Assembly (NCBI RefSeq): GCF_004010195.1 | Contig: NC_057720.1 | Span: 21,817,696-21,881,695 of the forward strand | DNA length: 64,000 bases | DNA from: Chiloscyllium plagiosum | Taxonomy: Eukaryota | Direction: 5' to 3' | Shown: in pieces, positions 12,110 to 23,010 of the stretch | How the letters are laid out: each line of letters starts with the position of its first letter | How positions within the stretch are numbered: the stretch's first letter is position 1 | Notes under the pieces: model-generated | Told to the model about the DNA's origin: nothing | Seen by the model: the letters and a program-made list of their open reading frames with translations, nothing else | Databases searched by the model: none | Position numbers and translations under genes: made by a program

Positions 12110-12503
12110 TTCTGACCAAATTCCTTGCATTTCCTGTGTACTGACCGAGATATTTATTTTTGTTTTGTTTCCCTCTCCTTGTTTTCTTCTGCATTGCTCC
12201 ACCCCAACCCATCCCATCCCTCTTTCTGACCTTGTGTGTTTATTTCACATTTCCCAACCCTCCCAATACCAATCCTCTTTTCTGCCCTATCCCTACCTTT
12301 TTTCCTTGTGTTCATGCTTATGTGCTTGAACAAAATGTTCCTCGGACCAACTTGCCCCAATTAACTGCCTTGAACCATGATCCATGACCACCTCACCATT
12401 CTGCGGGAACCACCCTTCGTTATGGATGATCTGTTCATCTCCGCTCTTCCTCGATTCTTCTCTCTTCCTGTCTTACGCTGCTTGCTCTTCTCTCCTTCTA
12501 AAG
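12110..12503 (+). promoter_or_regulatory. Distant branch point candidates, long pyrimidine tract and AG-exclusion zone before exon 10
   Basis: No AG between 12150 and the acceptor at 12502-12503. Branch motifs tactgAc (A12144) and ttctgAc (A12115). CU-rich PTB-type motifs. Confidence 0.85.
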
Positions 12504-12537
12504 ATGGTTACGCCCCAAAGTCTGTTTACCCTCTTCG
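12504..12537 (+). CDS. PTBP2: PTBP2 exon 10, the 34-nt NMD-switch cassette exon (MVTPQSLFTLFG)
   Basis: ctaaag|ATGGTTACGCCCCAAAGTCTGTTTACCCTCTTCG|gtatgt. Length and peptide match PTBP2 exon 10 (PTBP1 has RVTPQSLFILFG). Confidence 0.97.
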
Positions 12538-12701
12538 GTATGTTATCGTTAGCACTATACTTTTTATTATTGATTTAAAAATTTTCACCTTTTTAATTCT
12601 TATTTATAGCTAGCAGTTCGGCTTATAGATAAGTAGATAATCTTCTGCTACTCTTTCTTTTGCTGTAATTCTCTCCATAGATGCTATTTTATTTATGGTA
12701 A

Positions 12702-12727
12702 TGCATGTTTTAAAATTATTTTGCATG
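12702..12727 (+). promoter_or_regulatory. Two Rbfox motifs (TGCATG at 12702-12707 and 12722-12727) downstream of exon 10
   Basis: Exact hexamers 165-190 nt after the donor, the position where Rbfox usually enhances inclusion. Confidence 0.7.
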
Positions 12728-12954
12728 TTCTTTAGAATCACTTCACATTAGCTTTGAGGGATTTTACCAGGACTTTTCTCTTCAGATAATCACTATGCTA
12801 AATTTTGATTTGATGTACTCATTTTGGATGTCAAAACTTTGTTCACATTGATGTCTGATCTGAATGTTCCATTGCTCTGTCAATTTGTTTTGAGTTGTCA
12901 ATTTGGTTATGTGCATAACTTTTTATTTTTCTTAACTCTTTCACTTTGCAAAAG

Positions 12955-13047
12955 GTGTTTATGGTGATGTGCAGCGTGTGAAGATTTTATACAATAAAAA
13001 AGATAGCGCTCTTGTACAAATGACTGATGTGAACCAGGCACAATTGG
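12955..13047 (+). CDS. PTBP2: PTBP2 exon 11 (RRM3): [31 protein letters not shown]
   Basis: aaaag acceptor, G|gtaaga donor, 93 nt. [10 protein letters not shown] is the PTBP2-type sequence. Confidence 0.97.
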
Positions 13048-13131
13048 GTAAGATTCTGTATGCATTTGAACACTATTTTCCTTGCCTTTGTTTAGAAAAT
13101 GCACTTTATAAAATTAAGTCTTTCCTTTTAG

Positions 13132-13348
13132 CCATGAGCCATTTAAATGGGCAGAAAATGTATGGAAAGATTATCCGTGTCACACTGTCCAAACACCAGA
13201 CAGTGCAGCTACCTCGAGAAGGTCTGGATGATCAGGGATTGACAAAAGATTTTACCAATTCTCCACTTCATCGTTTCAAAAAACCTGGATCAAAGAATTT
13301 TCAGAATATATTCCCTCCCTCTGCTACACTTCATCTTTCAAATATTCC
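13132..13348 (+). CDS. PTBP2: PTBP2 exon 12 (end of RRM3 to start of RRM4): [23 protein letters not shown]...[10 protein letters not shown]
   Basis: ttttag acceptor, CC|gtaagt donor, 217 nt; lies within ORF-track entry 12969..13352. Confidence 0.97.
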
Positions 13349-13445
13349 GTAAGTAATCAAAGTGTAATCGTCTGTCTTATCAAGAAATTAACTTGCTGGT
13401 GATTGTGGAACAAAATTTTTCATCCTCTGATTAATGTTTTCACAG

Positions 13446-13523
13446 ACCTTCAATTACTGAAGATAATCTCAAGATACTTTTTACAAATACTGGTGGCAAA
13501 GTCAAGGGCTTTAAATTTTTCCA
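13446..13523 (+). CDS. PTBP2: PTBP2 exon 13 (RRM4): PSITEDNLKILFTNTGGKVKGFKFFQ
   Basis: ttcacag acceptor, CA|gtaagt donor, 78 nt, phases compatible with neighbouring exons. Confidence 0.95.
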
Positions 13524-13639
13524 GTAAGTCTCTTTCTGTGAATGTCATTTGAAACTAGCATACTTTCCGAATGTCTCATTGGCTTTACTTACATCTGTGC
13601 TGAGCAGCATATTAACTGTCTCCTCTTCACCGATCTTGT

Positions 13640-14150
13640 CCAGGTGCTCTAAACACCCCCCCCCCCCCCAAAAATAGGATGGTCTGAAGAGACACGACAT
13701 TTTTCTGGAAGCTGGATTGTTTCCATCAACCACCACCCTTCTCTGGGTGGCTGAACTTGCTCCCTCATTGGACAGTTTCTCCTTTCATTCATTTCACTTC
13801 CTCCAATTGCCCCCCCACCCGCCTGTTTCGTATCCTTTTGCTTTTTCAAAACCCGTTTTCAGCCATTAGCATATGTGTAGGTGCATTTTCGTATTTGTTT
13901 CTTTTCCTGCCCTATCGTCCAACACCTTTAGCTCTGTAGTATTAGTAAATCTGCTGCCATTCCTCCTATCTTGCAACCAATCACAGACTTACCTTTATCC
14001 TTGTCCCACACATCCCCTACATAATATCTTTTACATCCCAACATTTTCCAGCTCTGATGCAAGGTCATTAACCTGAAACTCCAACTCTCCCTCTCTGCAG
14101 GTGCTGATTATGGCCATTGCTTTCTGTTTTTCAGATTCTCAATTTGCATT
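13640..14150 (+). mobile_element. Decayed Penelope-like 3' region
   Basis: Pyrimidine-rich stretch ending in ctgatgc-aaggt-catta-acct-gaaac, then ctctctgcaggtgctg...tctgtttttcagatt. Confidence 0.5.
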
Positions 14151-14381
14151 TAATGATTGTGGGAATAGATTCAGAATTTGAAATTGTACAAATTTTTCAA
14201 ACATCTTTTGTTGTTGTACCAGGAAACAAATTAACATTTCTTGCAACCAACATAGTGAAGTTGCTACCTAGTCTAGGCAGCATGTCTGTGCACAAATCTC
14301 AGGAGCGAGGTTTGTTTTCAAAATCACGAATGATAACTGAGAATTTTGGGTACTTTATGGTAAAACCCCATTTCCATTTAT

Positions 14382-16125
14382 TTAGAGGCATGAAGATGTA
14401 CAGCATGGAAACCGGGCCCTTCAGTCCAACTCGTCCATGTCGACCAATATCCCAACCCAATCTAGTCCCACCTGCCAGCAATCTAGTCCCGGCCCATGTC
14501 CCTCTAAACTCTTCCTATTCATATACCCATCCAAATGCCTCTTAAATGTTGCAATTGTACCAGCCTCCATCACTTCCTCTGGCAGCCCATTCCACAAACA
14601 CACCACCCTCTACATGAACGTGGCCCCTTAGGTCTTTTTTTTTATTGTAATATCTTTCCCTTCTCACCCTTAACCTATGCCCTCTAGTTCTGGACACCCC
14701 CACCCCAGGGAAGAGACCTTGTCTATGTACCCTATTCATGCCCTCATGATTTTATAAACCTTTAAGGTCACCCCTCCGCGCCTCTCACTCCAGGGAAAAC
14801 AACTCTAGCCTATTCAACCTCTCCCTATAGCTCAAATCCTCCAATTCTGGCAACAACTTTGTAAATCTTTTCTGAACCCTTTCAAGTTTCACAACATCTT
14901 TCCGATAGTGTGCAATTCTGGTCTCCTTCCTATGTTTCAACAGTAGCCTAACTAATGTCCTGTACAGCTGCAACTTGACCTCCAAACTCCTGTACTCAGT
15001 ACTCTGATTACTAAAGAAGCTATGAACCTGCACTCCAGTCTTTGTTCAGCAACACTCCCCTAGGACGTTAACATTGTGTATAAATTCTAAGATTTGCTTT
15101 CCCAAAATGCAGCACCTCACATTTATCTGAATTAAACTCCATCTGCCATTGACCCATCTGACCAAGATCCTGTTGTAATCAGAGGTAACCACCTTCACTG
15201 TCTACTACACCTCCAATTTTGGTGTCATCTACAAACTTACTAACTATACCTCTTATGCTTAAATCCAAACCATTTTATATAAATGATAAGTAGTGGACCC
15301 AGCACCGATCCTTGTGGCACTCCACTGATCACAGGCCTCCAGTCTGAAAAACAACTCTCCCACCACCACCCTCTGTGTTCTGCCTTTTGAGCCAGTTCTG
15401 TATCCAAATGGCTAGTTCTCCCTGTATTCCGTGAGATCTAACCTTGCTGACCAGTCTCCCGTGGGGAACCTTGTCAAACGCCTTACTGAAGTCCATATCC
15501 ATCACATCTACCCCTCTACCCTCATCAATCTTCTTTGTTACTACTTCAAAAAACTCAATCAAGTTTGTGAGACATGATTTCCCACGCTTAAAGCCATGTT
15601 GACTATCCCTAATCAGTCTTTGCCTTTCCAAATACATGTATATCCTGTCCCTCCGGATTCCCTCCAACAACTTGCCCACCACAGACGTCAGGCTTGCGCG
15701 TCCCTGACTTGTCCTTACCACCTTTCTTAAATAGTGGCACCACGTTAGCCAACCTCCAATCTTCCGGCACCTCACTTGTGACCATGGATGATGCAAATAT
15801 GTCAGCAAGAGGCCCAGCAATCACTTCTCTAGCTTCTTACAGTTCTAGGGTACACCTGATCAGGTCCTGGGAATTTATCCATTATTCTGCGTTTCAAGAC
15901 ATCCAGCACTTCCTCCTTTTGTAGTATGGACATTTTTCAAGATGTCACCATCTATTTCCCTGCCTTCTATATCTTTCATGTCCTCTTCCACAGTAACCAC
16001 CGATGCACAGTATTTGTTTAGATTCTACCCCCATCTCTTGTGGCTCCACAAAGGGCGCCTTACTGATCTTTGAGGGGCCCTATTCTCTCCCTAGTTACCC
16101 TTTTGTCCTTCTTGTATTTAAAACT
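14382..16125 (-). mobile_element. CR1 LINE (RT region to 3' end) containing a micro-inversion
   Basis: ORF 15329..15820 ([29 protein letters not shown]). Confidence 0.93.
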
Positions 16126-16149
16126 TCATGATGTGTATTGAATAAGAAG

Positions 16150-16420
16150 TGGTGCCACAGGTGTGATGTCATTGGATGAGTAATCCAGAACCTCAGGTTA
16201 ATGTTCTGGGACCTGGGTTCAAATCCCACAGTAATAACTGGTGAAACCTGTATTCAGTATTGTCTGGAATAAAAAGCCAGGACCTTGTAACCACTAGGGA
16301 AGGAAGTCAGTTATTCTTGTCTGGCCTACATGTGGCCTCCAGATCACAGCAATCCATCTCAACAATTAAGGATGTGCAGTAAATGCTGGCCTAGCCAGCA
16401 ACGTCCACTTCCTGTGACAA
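16150..16420 (+). mobile_element. SacSINE1-like DeuSINE
   Basis: tRNA-like head (gggttcaaatccca), Deu-like core (agggaaggaa...tctggcctacatgtg..tccaga), LINE-derived tail aaatgctggcctagccagc. Confidence 0.65.
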
Positions 16421-16939
16421 ATAGCAATGATTTTGTCATGTTTCTTTAAGTGCTAAAAAGTTGACTAGTTGTCACTTTAAAATATATGTATATACATCCT
16501 TGTTCTAAAGCAATGACAATCTCCATCAAAAGAGAATGTTACAATTGCTCCTTTTCAATCAGTAACCTCGCCATTATCGTCGGGGAATGCCTGTACTGAC
16601 ATTCACTTGTCATAATCGCTTGTTTTGTTTTTTTTGTCCCCCACTATCAATATCTTCCAGATTACCATTAACCAGAAACTGAACTAAACCAAAGAGCCCT
16701 ACAGCAAGTAACTCGCCACCTAACTTCTCAAAGCCCATCCACCAATGCACAAATTGAGTCTGTTGGAATACTTCCTTCTTGCCTGGATAAGTTCCAACAA
16801 CTTTTTTGAGAAACTTGACTATCCAGGGCAAAGCAGCTTGTTTAACTGGCACTCATCCATTCCCTACCCCACTGACATTAAGTAGCAACAGAGTACACTA
16901 TCTCCTTAGGTACTTTTTCCTCTTGATCTGGAGCTATGA

Positions 16940-17230
16940 GGTGGTAGTGTAGCTCAGTGGTTAGCACTGCTGTCTGTGTCAGGCACCCAGGTTTAATTTC
17001 AAACTCTGCCAACTGTGTGGAGTTTACATGTTCTCTCCATGACTGCATGGGTTTCTTCCAGGTGCTCGCGTAGTCTAATGTGCAGATCAGGTGTGTTTGT
17101 CATACTAAATTACCCATAATATTCAGGGATGTGTAGGCTAGGGGGATTAGACATGGGAAATGCATGGTTAGTGAAAGCGTGGCATGCACTGGGTCTGAGT
17201 GAGATGCTCTTTGAAGGGTCTGTCTGGTCT
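16940..17230 (+). mobile_element. HE1-like V-SINE
   Basis: A box tagctcagtggttagcactgctg followed by the V-SINE core. Confidence 0.75.
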
Positions 17231-17234
17231 CGGT

Positions 17235-18350
17235 GGGGTGGCAGGATGTGGGGGGGCATGGTTGAAAGATTCAAAGGAGGATAAATCATCTGGACCAATT
17301 GTCAGGGAGGGTGCTGGAGGACTGGAAAACAACTAATGTAACGACTCTGGTTAAGAAGGGAGGAAGGCAGAATACTGGTAACAATGGAAACGTTAGTCTG
17401 ACCTCTTTCATTGGTAAGACTTTTTAGAATTTGTTATTAAGGCTGAGATTGCAGAGTACTTGATGGAAGTGCATAATAAAACAGGGCTGAGTGAGCACTG
17501 CTTCATCAAGGGAAGATCATGCATCACAAATCTGTTATGGTTCTTTTAATGTAACAAGCAAGTTAGAGGAGAGCCAGTGCACTGATCTTTTTGGATTTCC
17601 ACAAGGCCTTTGACAAGGTACCGCTCAAGAGGCTATTAAATAAGGTAAGTGTTCGGGGCAAGATACTGGCATGGAAAGAGGGTTGGCTGACTGGTTGCAG
17701 AAATCTCAAGTACACAGGGACTTGGGAGTCCTAGTTCAGATTCTCTTGAGGTTGACATGCAAGTTCAGTAGGCAGTTAGGCAATGTTATCATTCATTTCA
17801 AAAAGGCTAGGAAAAAAAAGTGTACTATTGAGGCTGTACAAAGCTCTGGTCAAAAAACACGTTTAGAATATTGAGCAGTTTTGGGCCCGGTATCTGAGGA
17901 AGTATGTGCCAGTCTTGGTGTGGGTCCTGAAGAGGTTTAGAAGAATCCTGGGACTGAAGAGCTTGTCATAAGAGGAACTGTTGAAGACACTGGGTATATT
18001 CTATGGAGTTCAGATAGATGAGGTACCTGATTGAAACTTGGAGAATGCAGAGAGGCTTGGATAGAGTTGACGTGGAGAAGGAAGCCTCCAGAGTGAAAGG
18101 ACAACCCTATAAAGCTGAAATAGCGTGGTATTTTCTCAGCCACTGGTTAATCATTTTGGAACTCCCTTCCACTGAAGGTTGTGGAGACCACATTGGAGGG
18201 TGTTTTAAGACATTCTTGATTGGTAAGGGGGATTAAGGGTTATGGGGATAAGGCAGGCGAATGAGGCTGAGAAATAAGTCAGCCATGATCAAATGGTGGA
18301 GTAGATTGAATTGAATGGCCCAATTCTGCATCAGTATCTTACGGGCCATG
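17235..18350 (+). mobile_element. Decayed CR1 LINE with internal deletions
   Basis: LDFHKAFDKVP-like RT remnant and CR1 3' end. Confidence 0.75.
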
Positions 18351-18696
18351 TGCAGGCAGGTTGGATTATTTTTGGCATTGTGGATGGTGTCAACCCAGAA
18401 TGCTGAAGACCCTGGCCCTGTGTGGTACTGTTCTGTGGTCTATGTAATTAAATGCTCTGCTGTTCTTAGTTGGGAAAAATTCATTCAATTGAGAATGTAC
18501 ATTAAAATTAGTATTAACCATCAGATTTCAAAATCTCATTTAATTGTGTGTAAAATTCAATCCGATTATTGAGTGTTTAAGGTTGTGGTTTCCTGAATTG
18601 AAAGCACTAAATATTGTTGGCAAATCAAGGGAACATAGCTACAGTTTTATATTGAAAAAGTTTTGTACACTTCACTAATTCTTACTTTTGTTTCAG

Positions 18697-18829
18697 AAGA
18701 GATCACAAAATGGCGTTACTGCAAATGTGTTCTGTGGAGGAAGCCATTCAGGCACTCATTGACCTTCACAACTATGATCTTGGAGAGAACCATCACCTGA
18801 GAGTCTCCTTCTCCAAATCGACTATCTGA
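18697..18829 (+). CDS. PTBP2: PTBP2 last coding exon: (R)[42 protein letters not shown]
   Basis: Branch-like cactaat, tttcag|aag| tandem acceptor, canonical PTB C-terminus, TGA at 18827-18829. Confidence 0.97.
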
Positions 18830-20020
18830 AAATACCCAGAGAAAGCTTACAGTTCAATTATTTGATTTTGATTTTGTGGTTTGTTGTAGACTTGTTTCAG
18901 GAAGGTGGGACCACAGTTTAGCAATTCCAGCTATTGTCATTCCTTCACATATACATTTGTTACACTGAAGTTTGGAGGATGAGCAATCACTAGAACAGGC
19001 AGAGGAAATTCATTCAGCAACTGCTTGGGATAAAAATTCAAAACATTCTTACGTTGAAGTTTTTTTCAGATAATTCATTCATTTTTAGTTTTTGAAAATT
19101 TGAATAATGTCTTTTTATTTAGTAGAAAAATGAAGAGAAATGTGCCTTAAAAGTTGATAAACTATTAATACAAGTGAATATACTATGAAAGTGAAGCTGG
19201 GGCCTTCTTTTGGGCACATGGTTGGAGAATTTAAGTAATAGTTGGGAGTATTGTGTAAGTGTTAGCACTAAGTTACAGTCTTGCTTGTTGCTGAATATAC
19301 ATTTTGTAGATGTTTGGAGTTGACATTGCAAATTGCTTATGTGCATTTCTATTACCATCTTTAGTTTGTAATTAAGGACTGAAATGGCTGTGGATTTTTT
19401 GAGCATGTGCAGTCCAGTCTAGTTAGTTAATGAAATTGGTGCATGTGTCATAGAAAGGCAAAAGAGGAATGCTTCAAAATAAGGAGCATAAAGAATAGTT
19501 TTGTGGCAGTTTTCTAGAATGGACAACCAGGTGGGACCAAAGTTTATGTGCCTTTAGTCTTAATTTACCTTGCATTGTAATATTCAGTTTTAATAAACCT
19601 CTTCAAAACATTTTGTATTTGAACAGAAGCAGACTTTAATATAAACAGTTCTGTATCTTCAAATAAGAGGAATTGTATGAGTAAAGTTCATCACTTGAAG
19701 AAAGTCCAACAATTATAAGTGTTAAATTTAAGTAGTTTGGCCAAGAACTTTTCAGATCTATGTATTAGCATAAATCACATACATAGCGTATCTGAACTAT
19801 GTAGCAAAAAAGGTCATATATATTTTCTATATTAGTTACGTTTTTACATCTTGATCTCTAGCAATGTAAATCTCAGTATAGTTTGAAAGAGGCACAATTA
19901 AAATTAATTTTCTAACAAAATTGGGATGTTTGATGGTTGTGTTGGCTTTGATTTTCTTTTCTGTGTACTCTGTTCGCTTGCTGTAGCATGCCTAATAAAT
20001 ACTTCTGTAGCTCTATCCAC
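18830..20020 (+). promoter_or_regulatory. PTBP2: PTBP2 3'UTR with poly(A) signals AATAAA at 19592-19597 and 19994-19999
   Basis: AU-rich and repeat-free, with miR-133 and miR-124 seed matches. The 19994 signal is followed by a U-rich downstream element. The 3' end is approximate. Confidence 0.75.
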
Positions 20021-21730
20021 CTCTTCTGTCTTTCTGTACTGCTTTTCCTCACTTCCCTTGTTTGTCTTCACCTCATTTAAGCTTCTGACTTCATGGTTAA
20101 AACTCTTCAGGGTGATAAAAATTGATGTACATCTTTATTCCTCTGACTTGTCTTTTGCTCAACTTGAGGTGCAAGTGAAGCAATTTACTTTGCATCCAAT
20201 TTGTGTATGAGGCATTTAAATCTTGGAGCTTGCAACTTAGATAAGGAACCTAATGCGAATCTATCAGAACTTTTTTCTTTTTAAGAGGAAATGCTATCTA
20301 ATGGGCCTTTTTGGAAACTAGGTAAATAATTTGTCACAATCTTAATATAATAGTTCATTTTAGTGATTAATGCATAATTTTTCTTTTAATAGTTTTGAAA
20401 ATAGACCAAATAGATTTATGATACAACATAGAATGTTTATAATGTATGTACTAAATTAACTTGGAAATAACACCAAGCTCTAAATTAAGATTTAAAATAT
20501 TTTCTTTGGGGTCAAAGCCTGATTTTGATTTAGGTGTTGATTCTATTTCTTTTTAAAGAGCCATGAACAGTTTCTTAAAGAAACAAACTTGGAAATCTGG
20601 AACATTTTAAATCTGACATTTTGCATTAACCAGATGCATTCTGATAACTTTAGTGATCTGTGCTAAGTTCTGTAATTCTCAAAGTTGGAAATAGGAAATA
20701 AAATATTTGCAGGTAAGTCATTTTTTAAAAAGTTTTTCCATTTCAACATTCTAACAATTAATAGTTTAATCTTTAAAAAGTGATGCCCAGAGCTTCCTTG
20801 CACAAATTTTACATTCCAGAAAGCCTTTTTGGATTCTGGAACTGTATATTTGCTCCAAATAATCAATTTAGAAATGGTTTTGTCAGTAGTGACAGAAATA
20901 GCATGCTTTAAGTCAAATGTGGAAATCTACGATGGAGAAAGAAACTTGATTTTTATTCGCTACCCATGAAAAGTTGCTTTTAAATTTAAATTTTTGCACA
21001 GCATTTATTTTTGAAGAACATTTTGCTGTCAGCCATTCTCAAGGTTCCTGTGCCAAAAATGTATTATCGTGTTAACTGGATTTACTGCTGACAGTGGTGG
21101 TAGTTTTCTTTTTGTATATTGGAAATTAAATCCAAGTATGTTTATGGAAAAATACCTGATTTTTGTATGTAATTCAATCAGTTATCTCTGCAAATTTGAT
21201 ACCTCAAAGTAAATTTGAGAATTCATAAATATAGATTAATCAGAAATGTATAATTGCATTAAATCTGCTTCAGTAGATACATTTGTGTAATATTTAAATG
21301 CACCACACATTTTATACTATGATCAAATTCTGTCATGGTTTCAGCAAAGTACGTTACAGGGACATATCGAATTTAGGCAACAGAATTTCAGAAAGAGCAA
21401 TATATATTTGGCCTGAAGATAATCTAGGTTTTCTTCTTTATTGTTTAAATGTAACTTCCACTTGCAGTGATAATTTTATATGCTGATGCCTAAAGATCTA
21501 TTAAAATGTTTTCATCTGTCCTTTCATAGTTTATGCAGGTAACAGTGAGGTTTATTAGAGCTTGTGAAATGGGGCACTTTTTTATTTTGGACTTTTTAAA
21601 CATGCTGTGCTACAGTTAAGAAAGAATGAACTTTGTCCCCAAAAACATACTGTACCATTTTAAATGCTTTCCCTTGAAAGTGCCAGTTATAGTAAATTAC
21701 CAAGCGATGTTTTGTGACAATGACCACAAT

Positions 21731-21852
21731 TGGGGTGGTGTACACAGTCCTATACGCTGGGAGGTTAACTGCTCCTGGTTTACAGATCGATGCACTGGGG
21801 TGGGGTACACAGTAATACATGCTGGGAAGGTAACTGCTCCTGGGTTACAGAT
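21731..21852. repeat. Two-copy tandem repeat, 65-bp period
   Basis: 21731-21787 versus 21796-21852: 49 of 57 positions identical, no gaps. Confidence 0.9.
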
Positions 21853-22579
21853 GAATTGGATGTGAGTTAATGTCCATTAGAAACTAATGCTGTGCTTTCC
21901 CTAATTCTCCACAGACTATCACATCAGCTGAAAATTCAAAACTTATAGCACTGAGTGACCATTCAGCTATATTTACTATATACACCAAATAATCCATATT
22001 AATAAATTTGTTATTTTGCATGCAATGCAAACAAACTTCTACAAGATGAAATTAATCTCCTGATAGCTTGAAGTTCTAAAAGGTTTGTTCTGTCAGCTTT
22101 TAAAAGCTGAACTCAAACATAAGTTAACATGTCAATCTTGTTTTCGGAAATAGAACTTTAAATTGACATGGTACAAATCATTGTGAAATTCAGTTTATCA
22201 TATTTAATGGCTCATTTGTAAGTAATCATCTAATCTCATTTACTCTCGCTGTTTCCATTTCATGTAAATGCAGCCTTCAGGATCTACCTATTTTTAATTT
22301 CCAATTCTGCATTTTGCTACTTACTAATTCCCTTATTGTGTTACATCTTGGCACATGCAATTGTGAGCAAGGTTCTATTCTATTGTGCTGAAGTTACCAA
22401 AGAAAAAGCATTCATGGTAAGTTAGAAACACTTAAAGTAGGCAAATACAACGCACAAAAATGTTGTTGTTTTTGATGGGCACCTTTTTTTTTATTCTGAT
22501 TTATACTGCATGTCAGTTTAATATTTAAGGAACCTAGCTTGGTAGATGAATAGTGACCAATGGCAAGCTTTGAGGCATT

Positions 22580-22835
22580 AAAAAATAGGAACAGGAGTAG
22601 GCCACTGCCCTTTTGGCCTGCTCTGCCATTCAATATGATCATGGCTGATCATCCTACTCTACCCTGTTCCTACTTTGGACCCATACCCTTTGATTCCTTT
22701 TGCCCTAAGAGCTATCTCTTTGAATGTGTTCAATGTTTTGGACCTCAACTGCTTTCTGTGGCAAAGAATTCCAAAGTCTCATCACTTACTAGCTGAAGAC
22801 GTTTGTCCATATCTTAGTTCTAAAACCCTATATGC
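22580..22835 (-). mobile_element. CR1 3' end fragment
   Basis: ataggaacaggagtaggcc...gatcatggctgatc is the reverse of a CR1 3'UTR. Confidence 0.65.
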
Positions 22836-22865
22836 TTAAACTGTTGGAGGTAGGAGTAGATATTT

Positions 22866-23010
22866 GAATTGAATTAGGCTTATTGTCACATGTATTCACA
22901 AGTACAGTGAAAAGTTATACAAGTCACCATATCTTGTGCCATTTTAGGTATAAAGGTAACTGGGTTCAGAGTCTCTGTATAAGGCAGTAAAATGAGTTTA
23001 AAAAGTTAAA
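22866..23010 (-). repeat. LINE-type 3' tail fragment; related copy at about 49930-50010
   Basis: Shared ttattgtcaca...caagtacag...tgccattttagg with a gaatt-repeat end. Confidence 0.5.

Noticed and set aside
11420..12613. Cluster of hydrophobic or Lys-rich short ORFs
   Set aside because: By-products of long pyrimidine tracts in the regulated intron.
12969..13352. 127-aa ORF as a stand-alone gene
   Set aside because: It is exon 11, the 84-nt intron and exon 12 of PTBP2 read through.
6466..18829. Assignment to PTBP1 or PTBP3
   Set aside because: The residues [41 protein letters not shown] and DHKMALLQM, and the miR-133 UTR block, fit PTBP2.
21731..21852. CRISPR-like array
   Set aside because: Only two diverged copies with no spacer series or cas genes, in a vertebrate genome.
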